A stretch of 64,000 nucleotides of DNA, from NCBI GenBank assembly GCA_963719945.1, contig CAVRDX010000004.1:320001-384000 (forward strand), written 5' to 3'. Within the stretch, counting starts at the first letter, position 1. Every line of letters starts with the position of its first letter. The position numbers and the translations under genes were made by a program. The stretch is from an uncultured Thermoplasmata archaeon (lineage in GTDB: Archaea; Thermoplasmatota; Thermoplasmata; UBA10834). The notes under the pieces were generated by a model. That model made no database searches. It had not been told where the DNA came from and was given only the letters and a program-made list of their open reading frames with translations. Of the stretch, positions 10,190-20,606 are shown in pieces.

Positions 10190-11119
10190 CTAATCATCTC
10201 CTTCGTCCGTTTTTCCATGCATTATGCCCATCATCGCTATTGTCGCGACACAAAGGGCGATCGCCGCAGCAGAGATTGCGATGATCGTCAGAACCCACGA
10301 TGTCATCTCCTTGTCGTTGTCGAATATCACCTGGATATCAGTCCAGCCTACTCGGCCAGCAATATCAATGGCGGTTATGTTGAGTTCATGAGAGCCATCC
10401 GAGTAGAGGGTCGTATCGATGCTCCATTCAAATGGTTCATCCGATAGATTACTCACCATCACGCCATCGATTCTGAGGATAACATACTCGACATCATCGT
10501 AGCTCTGTATCGTAGCAGCCAATTCGTCTATGCCTTCCGCAGTCTGTCCACTTAGGTGCGATGTAATGGATATGTGCGGGGCCAATGTGCTTGGATCGCG
10601 ACTGTTCTCGAGCACTGTGAAAGTCAAGCCTTGGGCATAATCTGTCACATAGCTCCCGCCGTCCCCATGCATCTCTCTTGCATAGAGGGATACGGTGCAG
10701 TTGGCAACAGGGGCCATGAGGGTCCAGGTCATTGAGACGGATCCTGCATATGATGCCACTTGATAGTAGTTATAGCTCGTAATCCCGCCAGGATCTTTGA
10801 TTATTGTCCAGCCTTGACTTGCAAGGCTGCTGTTCTCGCCTCCAAGCGCGGAGAGTATCATGACACCTAGTGGCGTACCATCCGCTTCCGCTCCAGTCAC
10901 GTTGACCGTGACGTTGATCAAGTCGTGAGGCTCAATCAATCGAAGCGGAGTCCACATGGTGATCGTCGCGGAACTCTCATCATCGTGACACGACCCACCG
11001 CAACCGTAATCATAACTTCCTGGAAGTGGCCCTCCAGGATAGGCGACCATCGTAGGCGCCAAGAAAACGAACGCAGATGATATCGCGAGAATGATGATCA
11101 CAACGCTCCTGATTCTCAA
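10190..11119 (-). CDS. Membrane-anchored extracellular protein: Reeler/choice-of-anchor-V-like domain with CX3CH motif, Ig-like domain and C-terminal TM
   Basis: Signal peptide, then GCGGSCH, TWTLMAP, Ig-like WSIDTTLYSDGSHELNITAID and a TM helix. TTG start at 11119 after GGGAGG. Confidence 0.7.
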   Translation of the reverse strand: MRIRSVVIIILAISSAFVFLAPTMVAYPGGPLPGSYDYGCGGSCHDDESSATITMWTPLRLIEPHDLINVTVNVTGAEADGTPLGVMILSALGGENSSLASQGWTIIKDPGGITSYNYYQVASYAGSVSMTWTLMAPVANCTVSLYAREMHGDGGSYVTDYAQGLTFTVLENSRDPSTLAPHISITSHLSGQTAEGIDELAATIQSYDDVEYVILRIDGVMVSNLSDEPFEWSIDTTLYSDGSHELNITAIDIAGRVGWTDIQVIFDNDKEMTSWVLTIIAISAAAIALCVATIAMMGIMHGKTDEGDD

Positions 11120-11292
11120 ATCGGCCCTCCCATGCTGTTCGCGAGACTGGCATCTAATCGTTTGGATATGTTGAGCCACATGGTTGATTCGGAATAAAAA
11201 GCCCTGCTATTCCATGAAAACGCACTTCGAGCAATCCATGCGATGGTTTGATTTCCAACGATGTCAATCATCGCCCGAAGAGCTAGGGCCGT

Positions 11293-13327
11293 ATGGATCT
11301 AGGAAATCTGCTATTGGTCATCGCCGCCACCGCGCTGATATCCGGAATATTCACGCGCATCGTTCAATCGAGATTTGGTGGGATCCTGCCAGGCCGCGTA
11401 TCGACTTCATTGCTCCTGGTGTCTGTGTTCGCGATCTCATTGTCGTTGTTCTACACGTGTTTTCCTCTTCGCATCTTCCGACATGAGCTACGATTATGTG
11501 TGGTCAAAATCTTCTACAGATACCTCCCTTCCTTACAGGATATCCGCAGTTTGGTCCGGTGGGGAGGGTGCTGTGCTGCTATGGACCTGGTTCATGTCCC
11601 TGGTTGTTCTGGCCGGCATATGTTATGATCGACGAGCTAATCTCAACGCGTCCTACAGGTCTTTCTTCATCATCGTATCTGCATCGATAGTCCTTTTATT
11701 CGCTCTGATCCTCATAGGTATGGACCTTTTTGCAGCGACGGATTCGGCGGCACTCGCGTCGTGTCCGGACGGTTGCGGTCTCAAGCCTGTTCTCGCAACT
11801 CCGGAGATGGCATTGCATCCGCCAGTGATATTCGCTAGCTATGCGTCGTGTCTCGGACTGTTCGCGGCATCGATTTCCTTCTTCTGGGCGAGGGAGTCCG
11901 ATTGGAGTTCAATCTCGCTGTCATGGGGACGTGTGACTTGGATCCTGCTGACCCTCGGCATAGGCATAGGGTCAGTATGGGCGTATTACGTTATCGGCTG
12001 GGGTGGATATTGGTACTGGGACCCGGTCGAGACCGTCTCTTTGATTCCGTTCTTGCTCGTGAGTGCGTTCCTGCATACGCTCCGGAGGAATCGTGAAAAA
12101 AGGGAATACATGATGTCCGCGCCTCTCCTAGGTGCCCTGTCCTTCTGTTCGATAATATTCGCCACATTCGTTACGCGCACTGGAGGAATATGGGGGTCCT
12201 CCATTCACACATATGGTTCGTCATCTGATCTCCCCCTGGGATCTCGTTTGCTCGACGCGATCGGGAACGATCCAACCGTTATGGGCATATTCTCTTTGTT
12301 GGTCGTATCGATCTCTCTCACCGTCGTGTCTGCTGTGTTCGCATACAGATACACGGGAGCATCGACCAACCACGGCCATGCCAATCGATTGAGCGACCTC
12401 ATCAACGACAGGAACTCCATCATGGCATCAGTGATATTGCTCGTCACGATCGCCATCATGCTGGTCGCCTTTCTAGTCAAGAACGCCGATGCGTCCGCGA
12501 GCGATAATTATGCGGAACTCAATCAGAAGATGTCAGTATTCTTCTGCCTCCTCATGTTGACCCTAGCAGTGTCGTCTGTGTGGCGAGTCATCGGAAGGAG
12601 AAACGCCTTGTTGTTGTCCGTCGGAGCGTCATCGTTTTCAGTCATATTGGCAGCCTACTCCTATGTGACCGGCTCGTTCGACACGCTCCTCGCATTCACC
12701 GTTCCGATCTACGCGCTGGCAATCGGATCGATCATCGTCAAAGTGTCTAATATGAAATATCGTGGTCGGCTGAAGCCCCATCTATACAAACTGGGGCCCG
12801 AATTGGTTCACTTCGGCATTGCACTCATACTACTGAGTTCGATCGCATCCTCTCAGCTGGCTTCCCGACCCATTCAGGGCGAATGGACAAGCATAGACTT
12901 GGGTGGAGAGTTGGCGGCCGGCGGATACACGATCAGATTGCTGTCGCTTGAGCTGGTCGAGGACGAATACGTCGAATCTGGGTGGACGGTCACTGCGGAG
13001 GCTAGGGCGACCTTGGGCATAATGCGATCAGACGGCAGCGTTGGTGCGGTCGTTGTATTGAGGGATCTGTACGGTATCGCGGAAGGCTCAGGTATGGTGT
13101 CCAAGTTGGACAGCGATGTCTACGTCCATAGCTCGATTGTGTCCGACCTTTGCCTCGGTTTCGAATGGTCTACGGAGATGACGGCCATCGTCTACATGAA
13201 AGTGGTCCCTATGATGAGTGGTCTTTGGGTTGGGTTGGTCATCGCCGTGTCAGGCGCCACTATCCGTATGATGACGTGGTCTTCCACATCGACATCTAGG
13301 CAAGTGACGACCGTGCAAGAGGATTAG
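11293..13327 (+). CDS. ccmF: Cytochrome c biogenesis heme lyase CcmF/CcsA family (one +1 frameshift near 11460-11464)
   Basis: WSGGEGAVLLW, LHPPVIF, WWD domain GSVWAYYVIGWGGYWYWDPVET, LHT, FVTRTGG..SSIH and LVHFGIAL. The N-terminal TMs are in ORF 11293-11628 and join at TGT-TTT-C-CTC. Confidence 0.9.
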
Positions 13328-13448
13328 ACCCCAGCCAAGTCCGGAATGCCGTTCAAGAATCATGCTCTGCAACAATCGTTGATAGAAATGAAATGCGGAA
13401 CCCTGGTGATTCCAGGGTTCCTGGATTTTGATGGGTTTATCTTTTCGC

Positions 13449-14792
13449 CTATTCTGCTCTGTTCTTGTTGACGATCTTGATGCACTCTTCGAGTATCTCA
13501 AGACCCTTGTTGAGCAGTTCCTCGGGCACGTTCAGAGGAGGTATGTATCTCACGACGGACTTTCCGCACGGGAGCAGCATCAGACCCTTCTTGAACGCCA
13601 GCTCGGTGATCTTGTCCCTGCTCGCAGCTGCGTGCTTCTTCGTCTTCCTGTCCTGGACGAACTCATGAGCGAGCATCATACCGATACCTCTCGTGTCACC
13701 GATGATCTCGTACTTCTCCTGCATCTCGACGAGCCTCTTCTTCGTTTCCTTACCCAGCTTGGCTGCGCGGTCCAGGAGTTTCTCCTCCTCGATCACTTTG
13801 AGTGCCGCCAGACCTGCTGCGTGTGACAACGATGCTCCTCCGAATGTGTTGGAGTGCCTTCCGTACCTGTCGAAGTTCAACTTTGCGTCGACGATCGTCG
13901 CACCGAGTGGGAGACCGCCTCCGAGGGACTTCGCGCTGCAGATGATGTCGGGCGCGACATCGAAGTGTTCAGCCGCCCACATCTTGCCGGTCCTTCCTAT
14001 TCCGGATTGGACCTCATCGTCGATGAACAGACACTTGTGCTTCCTTGTCAGCTTGAAGACACCCTGCACGAACTCCTTTGGCGGGACGACATATCCGCCC
14101 TCACCCTGGATGACCTCCATGCTGATCGCGGCGAGGTCGTTCGGCGGGATCTGGTTCTCGAAGTACACATCCTCGATTGCGCTGACGCAGCGCATGTTGC
14201 AGCTCGGGTACTCGAGGTTGTACAGACATCTGTAGCAGTATGCGTACGGGACATGGTATACGCCGGGCATGAGTGTCGCGGTGTATCCCTCTCTCTGGAC
14301 CCACTTGCTAGCGGTCATTGACATCGCGCCGGTCGTCCTGCCGTGGAACGCGCCCATGAAATCCATGAGTACCTGCTTGCCAGTCGCGCGCTTCGCGATC
14401 TTGATCGCGGACTCGAACGACTCGGCGCCAGTGTTGGAGAAGAAAACCATCTTCTTGTTCGCGCCAGGAGCGGTCTTGGCAAGCCTCTCAGCCATCTCGT
14501 TCTGCAGTTTGCAGTAGAAGTCAGTACCCGCGACATGCGTGTACTTGTCGACCTGGTCCTTGATTGCCTGGACGACCTTCGGATGCCTCGCACCGACGTT
14601 CAGAACGCCGACGCCTGCATAGAAATCGATGTACTTGTTGCCATCAATGTCCTCTATGACGGTTCCCTCAGCCTTCTTGAATACCAGCGGCCAGGACTTC
14701 GTGGCCTTCACGATCCACTCGTCATCCTTGGCGACTGCCTTCTTTGCCTCCGGTCCCGGGGGCTCTACTTTGATATCAGGTACTTTCTCCAT
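13449..14792 (-). CDS. Class III PLP aminotransferase (4-aminobutyrate/acetylornithine aminotransferase family)
   Basis: FHGRT, EVIQGEGG, DEVQSGIGRTG, SAKSLGGG, HSNTFGG. Confidence 0.95.
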   Translation of the reverse strand: MEKVPDIKVEPPGPEAKKAVAKDDEWIVKATKSWPLVFKKAEGTVIEDIDGNKYIDFYAGVGVLNVGARHPKVVQAIKDQVDKYTHVAGTDFYCKLQNEMAERLAKTAPGANKKMVFFSNTGAESFESAIKIAKRATGKQVLMDFMGAFHGRTTGAMSMTASKWVQREGYTATLMPGVYHVPYAYCYRCLYNLEYPSCNMRCVSAIEDVYFENQIPPNDLAAISMEVIQGEGGYVVPPKEFVQGVFKLTRKHKCLFIDDEVQSGIGRTGKMWAAEHFDVAPDIICSAKSLGGGLPLGATIVDAKLNFDRYGRHSNTFGGASLSHAAGLAALKVIEEEKLLDRAAKLGKETKKRLVEMQEKYEIIGDTRGIGMMLAHEFVQDRKTKKHAAASRDKITELAFKKGLMLLPCGKSVVRYIPPLNVPEELLNKGLEILEECIKIVNKNRAE

Positions 14793-15024
14793 GAGAAAAC
14801 TCTCCCTTGTTTTTCCGTAAGCACATGCCTGATAAATCGATTATGGTAATACACAACTATTCGGGGTGAAAAATATCCGATTTCGAACCCGGGAATACGA
14901 AAACCGGATGAATTCGAAGAATTTGGCCGAATATGATCGTTTTCGGGGTTTCTTCTTCACCGCCTCGCGCGTTCGTTCATATTCCTCAAATAGGCGTGAT
15001 GGTCTCCCATACCTAGCAGGGGAC

Positions 15025-15041
15025 CCCAAACGTATATAAAG
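15025..15041 (+). promoter_or_regulatory. BRE + TATA box of the rpoK-rps2 unit
   Basis: CCCAAACG-TATATAAA about 40 nt upstream of rpoK. Confidence 0.65.
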
Positions 15042-15081
15042 GGGTCACATTTTAGGGGATATCTCCGCAGAGGCTGTAGAT

Positions 15082-15258
15082 TTGAGGTTTACCAGATTCG
15101 AGAAGGCACGGATTATCGGCGCTAGAGCGCTCCAAATCAGCATGGGAGCACCCGTGTTGATGGACATCGGCGACGATAGTATCATAGACCCGATCGAGAT
15201 GGCTATCCGCGAATACGACATGAAAGTCATCCCAATGACTGTCAAGAGAGAAGACTGA
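15082..15258 (+). CDS. rpoK: DNA-directed RNA polymerase subunit K (Rpo6)
   Basis: Hand-translated, below the ORF-track cutoff: TTG start, [26 protein letters not shown]...[10 protein letters not shown]...IPMTVKRED. Confidence 0.97.
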   Translation: MRFTRFEKARIIGARALQISMGAPVLMDIGDDSIIDPIEMAIREYDMKVIPMTVKRED

Positions 15259-15267
15259 GGTATCACG

Positions 15268-15909
15268 ATGGATGAGGTAGTAGCAGAGACAACGACGACG
15301 ATTGAACCGCAGGGACAGCAGCTGCTCATACCAGAGGAGGTCTACCTCACTTCCGGCGTTCATATCGGAACCCAGCAGAAGAGCGCCGACATGAAGGATT
15401 TCATCTTCAAGGTCAGGACCGATGGTCTGTACGTTCTGGATGTCAAGAAGACGGATGAGCGCATACGCGTCGCCTCGAACTTCCTTGCGAAGTACGATCC
15501 GTCGAAGATCCTGTTGGTATCTGCAAGGCAGTACGGACAGAAACCCGCCAAGGTGTTCGCCAAGATCGTCGGCACACACGTGGTTGCAGGCAGATTCGTC
15601 CCCGGCTCATTGACCAACCCGATACTTCCGAACTTCGTTGAGCCCGAAGTCATATTCGTCACCGACCCCGCGGCAGATGAGCAAGCCCTCAGGGAAGCGC
15701 TCAGCGTGGGCATACCGATCGTTGGCATCTGCGATGCCAATAACGAGACGAGGAACGTCGACCTGGTCATCCCATCGAACAACAAGGGTAGGAGGGCATT
15801 GGCGACGATCTATTGGCTCTTGGCAAGAGAGGTCCTGAAGGCCCGTGGAGTCGTCAAGAACGACGAGGACTTCAAGCCTACAGTAGAGGAATTCGAGGCG
15901 TCCCTCTAG
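15268..15909 (+). CDS. rps2: 30S ribosomal protein uS2
   Basis: [40 protein letters not shown]. Confidence 0.98.
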   Translation: MDEVVAETTTTIEPQGQQLLIPEEVYLTSGVHIGTQQKSADMKDFIFKVRTDGLYVLDVKKTDERIRVASNFLAKYDPSKILLVSARQYGQKPAKVFAKIVGTHVVAGRFVPGSLTNPILPNFVEPEVIFVTDPAADEQALREALSVGIPIVGICDANNETRNVDLVIPSNNKGRRALATIYWLLAREVLKARGVVKNDEDFKPTVEEFEASL

Positions 15910-15984
15910 TGGGGCCCTCTATCATTCCCATCCATTTCTTGGGCAAACTATTACATTGTCTAGCCGATATTCTACCATCGGGGT

Positions 15985-16809
15985 TTGTTGGTGGTCAGAC
16001 ATCCAGCCGTTGCCGGACAGTTTTACGAAGGTGATGAGCTCTCGCTCATCAGGCAGATCGAATCATGCTATCTGGGCAATCTCGGACCTGGAAAGCTGCC
16101 TGAATTGAGGAACGGTCCCAGACGGATCAAGGGAGGAATAGCCCCCCATGCCGGATACATGTTCTCGGGTATGGTCGCGGCCCATCTCTATGGGCGGATC
16201 GCACAGGACGGTCTTCCGGAGACCTTCATCATATTGGGCCCCAATCACACGGGCAGGGGCACTGGCATGGCTATCACTGCGGAGGATTTCGAGACGCCTC
16301 TCGGCACCGTCAGCGTGGACAAGGAGCTTGCGAAGGCGATCAGGAAGGATCTGATAGATGTCGATCCAGAAGCCCATTATTTCGAACATTCGATCGAAGT
16401 GCAGCTGCCGTTCCTGCAGCATCTGTCGAGGGGCATCAAGATCGTCCCCATATGCATGGGTTTTCAGGACTACGATGCCTCGAAATCGGTCGGCGAGATA
16501 ATAAGAGACTCAGCGAAGGGGAAGGATATCATCGTCATAGCATCCACGGATTTCTCACATTATGTCACGAAGGGCACTGCTAAGGTGAAGGATTCGAAGG
16601 CTCTCGACGCCATCATGTCGATGGAGCCTAAGAAGCTGTACGAGGTCGTCAGAGACGAGAACATCTCGATGTGCGGCTACGGTCCTGTCATGGCGATGAT
16701 GATCGCATCAGGAGCCAACAAAGGGAAGGTCTTGAAGTATGCGACCTCTGGAGACGTCCGTCCGATGAGGGACGTGGTCGGCTACGCGTCCGCGGTCTTC
16801 GAAAAGTAA
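15985..16809 (+). CDS. MEMO1 family protein (AmmeMemoRadiSam protein B)
   Basis: RHPAVAGQFY, APHAGY, GPNHTG, EHSIEVQLPFLQ, ASTDFSHY, SMCGYGP. Confidence 0.95.
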   Translation: MLVVRHPAVAGQFYEGDELSLIRQIESCYLGNLGPGKLPELRNGPRRIKGGIAPHAGYMFSGMVAAHLYGRIAQDGLPETFIILGPNHTGRGTGMAITAEDFETPLGTVSVDKELAKAIRKDLIDVDPEAHYFEHSIEVQLPFLQHLSRGIKIVPICMGFQDYDASKSVGEIIRDSAKGKDIIVIASTDFSHYVTKGTAKVKDSKALDAIMSMEPKKLYEVVRDENISMCGYGPVMAMMIASGANKGKVLKYATSGDVRPMRDVVGYASAVFEK

Positions 16810-16839
16810 CATTAGGCCGCATCGATATCAGAGGGTCCC

Positions 16840-17379
16840 ATGTTCAGACCGAAGATAACATCCGCTGCGATACTTCTGATGTTCGTGTTGACTTCGATCT
16901 GGCTCATACTTGTCATCGTCGCTCCTATGCTGGTCCCGAGCAATACGCTGACCAATCTGTCGGGACGGGTGGGATACCACGACAACGAGGCCCTCTTCTC
17001 GCAGCTCGACCCGATCCCGCATGCGATCTATTGGATCGGGGACGGAGAGTGTCACCAGCTGGCAGACAGAAGCTACTTCATAAACGGGAACCAGATGCCG
17101 TTCTGTGCGAGGGACCTCGGATTGTTCATCGGTCTCGCCTTAGGTTCGGGGGTCATGACCTTCTACAGATACAAGGTGCATCCAGCATTCGTCTTGATGG
17201 GTCTGGTTCCGCTTGCGTTGGACGGCGGCGTTCAATTGTTGACGGACTACGAATCCAACAACACGCTCAGGATGATAACCGGTTTCATCGCAGGCTTCGT
17301 CTTGGCGTTGCTCCTGGCGCACTTCATGTTCGCGTTGCAGGAAGATGCGCCTCGTGAATCGAGCAAACCTTCGCAGTGA
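16840..17379 (+). CDS. DUF2085 membrane protein
   Basis: CHQLADRS...QMPFCARD.G, PLALDG, SNNTLRMITG. Confidence 0.9.
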   Translation: MFRPKITSAAILLMFVLTSIWLILVIVAPMLVPSNTLTNLSGRVGYHDNEALFSQLDPIPHAIYWIGDGECHQLADRSYFINGNQMPFCARDLGLFIGLALGSGVMTFYRYKVHPAFVLMGLVPLALDGGVQLLTDYESNNTLRMITGFIAGFVLALLLAHFMFALQEDAPRESSKPSQ

Positions 17380-17462
17380 CGCGTGGAATTCCATGTGGAA
17401 ATATGATATAGTGTGGATCCGATGATGGCGCGGTCCAGCAGAGCCGACAATCGCCGGACCAT

Positions 17463-18011
17463 ATGGTGAACATCATGGAAAGACCTCCTGGAGTTGCCCC
17501 GTTCTTGGAACCATCTCCTCAGCCGGTACAGACACCTTCGAACCGAAACTGCATCACATGCGGTCGCGCTATCGCTTGGCAGTCGAATGTATGCCCATAC
17601 TGCGGTCACGACTATAGGCTCGCAGTGGGACCACCGCTAAAGCCCAGGTCTTCGAAGCCTGCGGTGGCAGGCGTCCTCATCCTCCTGGCTGGTCTCTTTG
17701 CGTTGGGCCAGGGCATGTTCCTTGCTATGGCGGACAATGCGTTCATAGAGAGCATGGATCAAGCCACTTTGAACGAGGCGGGCTATTCGATATCTGAGAT
17801 CAGAGAACTCATGAATGCCTGTGGCCTGATCGGCATGCTGTTCGGTGTGATAGCGATCATAGGCGGGGCGATCGCTTTCACCCGCAAGCATTACATGTTG
17901 GCCATGATGGGAGCGGTATTCGCGATCCTCGGATTCGGATTCATAATAGGTTCGGTCTTTGGCCTGATTGGTATAATACTGCTCGTGATGTCGAAGCAGG
18001 AATTCGAATGA
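17463..18011 (+). CDS. Zinc-ribbon membrane protein (paralog 1)
   Basis: CITC...CPYCGHDYR, 3-4 TM segments, C-terminal SKQEFE. Confidence 0.85.
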   Translation: MVNIMERPPGVAPFLEPSPQPVQTPSNRNCITCGRAIAWQSNVCPYCGHDYRLAVGPPLKPRSSKPAVAGVLILLAGLFALGQGMFLAMADNAFIESMDQATLNEAGYSISEIRELMNACGLIGMLFGVIAIIGGAIAFTRKHYMLAMMGAVFAILGFGFIIGSVFGLIGIILLVMSKQEFE

Positions 18012-18164
18012 ACCGAATGTCTAGATGATCGTGCCTATCAGTAGACTGGCAGATGTCCGTTTCGAGGGACAATAAAATCATAGAAACTGTTTTATAATTT
18101 CCTTTGCCATTTCATATTCGGACTGGTGGGGTGCACCCACCTATCCTATTCAGGAGGTAAAAAC

Positions 18165-18617
18165 TTGACATCAGCACCTGTTAGCACTCCCTCTAGGAAC
18201 TGTGTTTCCTGTGGTCGTTCGATTTCTTGGGACGCGAACGTGTGTCCATATTGTGGTCACGATTTCAGAGTGGCAATGGCTGGACCTGCAGGTATGCAGA
18301 AGAAGGACTCGTCGATGCCGCTCGTAGCTGGAATACTGTTGATAATCTGCAGCTTGGGATACTTCGGTATCGGGATATGGTTCATGGGCGCCGGGACATC
18401 GATCATGGGTTTGACCGAGGACGTTGGCGGAGACATATTTGCTGCTTGTGGCGCTCTGATTGCGGTCCTCGGCGTCATAGTGCTCTTGGGCGGCGTGTTC
18501 TCGATTCAGAAGAGGCATTTCGGCCTGGCATTGGTCGCTTCGATACTCTCCCTCGGGACAATGTTGGGGATCGTAGCCCTGATTTTGGTCATCATTTCGA
18601 AGGACGAGTTCACGTAG
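18165..18617 (+). CDS. Zinc-ribbon membrane protein (paralog 2)
   Basis: TTG start after AGGAGGT, CVSC...CPYCGHDFR, TMs, C-terminal SKDEFT. Confidence 0.85.
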   Translation: MTSAPVSTPSRNCVSCGRSISWDANVCPYCGHDFRVAMAGPAGMQKKDSSMPLVAGILLIICSLGYFGIGIWFMGAGTSIMGLTEDVGGDIFAACGALIAVLGVIVLLGGVFSIQKRHFGLALVASILSLGTMLGIVALILVIISKDEFT

Positions 18618-18747
18618 GAACCAGCGTCCGAAACCCCTTCAGTAAACCATTCCAGTTCATTTTCCAGAGAATCAATGTTGGAAAGCTATCTAGTCGCGAA
18701 ATCTCTTTCATTGTCAGAAGCAGCCGGACTATCTCAGAATCGGTGGT

Positions 18748-19137
18748 GTGCTGGTCATCATCTCGTCAATATTGACTCTCGTGTTCGTCATCTCACACCG
18801 ATCCTACTACGAGGACGATAACTCATCGTCTTTCTTGAGCGCATCCCAATCCCTGTTAGATGCCTTCCTATTCTTGCACTGCATCTCCGGGATTTCAGGA
18901 GTCTTTGGTGGAATACTCGCTCTACTGAAGACGAGATACCGATTGTCTCTGGCTCTATGTCTGATAAGCTCGCTCGGATTGGCTTTCATGTTGTCGCTCG
19001 CAGGCTCGGCGCTTATAGCCATATCAAAGAATGATTTCAGTGAGATGAGATTGAAGAAGAGTGTTGATTGGCTTGATAACAACCCTGCATCTGGAGACCA
19101 ACTCGAACATAACACGATGGTCCGCAGAGGTGGATGA
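18748..19137 (+). CDS. Membrane protein, paralog 3 without zinc ribbon (start uncertain)
   Basis: GGILALLKTRYRLSLA...AISKNDF aligns by eye with the TM region of its neighbours. Confidence 0.65.
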   Translation: MLVIISSILTLVFVISHRSYYEDDNSSSFLSASQSLLDAFLFLHCISGISGVFGGILALLKTRYRLSLALCLISSLGLAFMLSLAGSALIAISKNDFSEMRLKKSVDWLDNNPASGDQLEHNTMVRRGG

Positions 19138-19138
19138 G

Positions 19139-19639
19139 ATGGTGTCTTCACAACGCTGCATTGGCTGTGACCTGCAAGTGCCAGACGATTCCAGGTTCTG
19201 CCCGCATTGTGGCTTCAACCTCAGGGTCCTCACCGAAGACCTCGTTGCTCCCAACAAGGATGATAACTTGCTCAAGATATCAGGAGTCCTCCTCATACTC
19301 ATAGGCATATCGACCATCGTGAGTTCGGCACTCTTGATCTATTTCTACATCGATTTGGCGGGGAGTGATGATATCAGCGATGTGACCGCCCATCAGCTGA
19401 TGCTGCTGTCGGTGAATATGCTCGTTGGTGGAATCATAGTCACAGGCGGGATTCGCGCGATGACGGGCAACAACTTCGTCTTTGTGATCATATGCAGCGT
19501 CCTCGCCCTGTCGAACTCCTACTACGTATTATTATTGGCCTCGTACTTCAGCTCCAGCACATACGTATCCTTTAGCGGAGCGATCAGTCTGGCCGCTGTC
19601 ATATTCATAGTGTCCATCAGGGATAGATTCGTGAGTTGA
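19139..19639 (+). CDS. Zinc-ribbon membrane protein (paralog 4)
   Basis: CIGC...FCPHCG, TMs, C-terminal SIRDRF. ATG at 19139 after GAGGTGG. Confidence 0.8.
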   Translation: MVSSQRCIGCDLQVPDDSRFCPHCGFNLRVLTEDLVAPNKDDNLLKISGVLLILIGISTIVSSALLIYFYIDLAGSDDISDVTAHQLMLLSVNMLVGGIIVTGGIRAMTGNNFVFVIICSVLALSNSYYVLLLASYFSSSTYVSFSGAISLAAVIFIVSIRDRFVS

Positions 19640-19667
19640 GGTTCTCCGTGCCAGCCACACGACCCGT

Positions 19668-20606
19668 TCAGATCCTCTTTATCATGCCGAGCTCTGGCTC
19701 GTAGACGTCGCCCTTGTCTAGGAGGCTCGCGACGATCTCCTCAAGCCGCACCTTGTCGATCTTCTTCGACTTCGCGGCTTCCACCAGCTTGTCCCATTGG
19801 GCCCCTTTGCCTCCGGAGCTCAGGCCATCTATGAGCGCGAGCACGGTGCCATCCTCGTCGGTGCCGACCTCGACATCGCTCATCTCGTCCTCGCCAGAAG
19901 CTTTCTCCTTCTTCGCGGCTGCGGGCATGGCCTTCTGCTTCGGGACCGCTGGCGATGGTGCACTCTCCTCCGCGTGGTTAGACCACTTCTCTGGGAGGAC
20001 TGACCGGAGGGCTTCTCGGACCGAGTTCCTGAATCGTTCCAGGTCTATGTCCTTGTAGTACTCGACCGCCTTTACGACGCCGTCCGCCAGATTCTCGGGA
20101 TATCCGAGCTTCATCAGTTCGTTGACGCTCGGTTCGGCCATCTGCATCGCGTCCCTGACGGCGTCGATCCTGAGAAGCGTGCTCTTGGCCGCCTCGAGGA
20201 TCCAATGATCCCTCATCTCGGCGTCGACCTCGATGACGTTCTCGGGCCTGATGCTGAGGTACTTCACCCCTTCCTCCGGGGAGTACGCCCTGCTCTTCCC
20301 GACGACGGCGGCGAACGCCGGAGGCGACATCTTCGACAGGGACCTGGCCGCAGTCGGTTGATACTCGCCGGCTGATACGTAGAATGTACCTGTCGGATCA
20401 GTTATCTTCGCCCTGTACCTCGACTTACCTTCCCCACCTACCTCTTCTATGTCTGTGGCCACACCGACGATCATCATCCTGTTGACCTTCGCTCCGAGCG
20501 GGGTGATTATGTATGATGCGGGTTTCTCGCCCTCGCCCGTGTACTCCAATGTGGATGAGTTGTACTCCTCGGCGAATATCCGCCACGCGACCTCGCGGGC
20601 GTTCAT
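19668..20606 (-). CDS. RPA family OB-fold protein (RPA2/RPA-associated) with C-terminal winged helix
   Basis: REVAWRIFAEE, TPLGAKVNR, DPTGTFYVSAGEYQP, LLDKGDVYEP. Confidence 0.9.
   Translation of the reverse strand: MNAREVAWRIFAEEYNSSTLEYTGEGEKPASYIITPLGAKVNRMMIVGVATDIEEVGGEGKSRYRAKITDPTGTFYVSAGEYQPTAARSLSKMSPPAFAAVVGKSRAYSPEEGVKYLSIRPENVIEVDAEMRDHWILEAAKSTLLRIDAVRDAMQMAEPSVNELMKLGYPENLADGVVKAVEYYKDIDLERFRNSVREALRSVLPEKWSNHAEESAPSPAVPKQKAMPAAAKKEKASGEDEMSDVEVGTDEDGTVLALIDGLSSGGKGAQWDKLVEAAKSKKIDKVRLEEIVASLLDKGDVYEPELGMIKRI

Noticed and set aside
17463-19639. Paralog array as a diversity-generating retroelement target
   Set aside because: No reverse transcriptase and no near-identical TR/VR pair with adenine-specific differences is visible.
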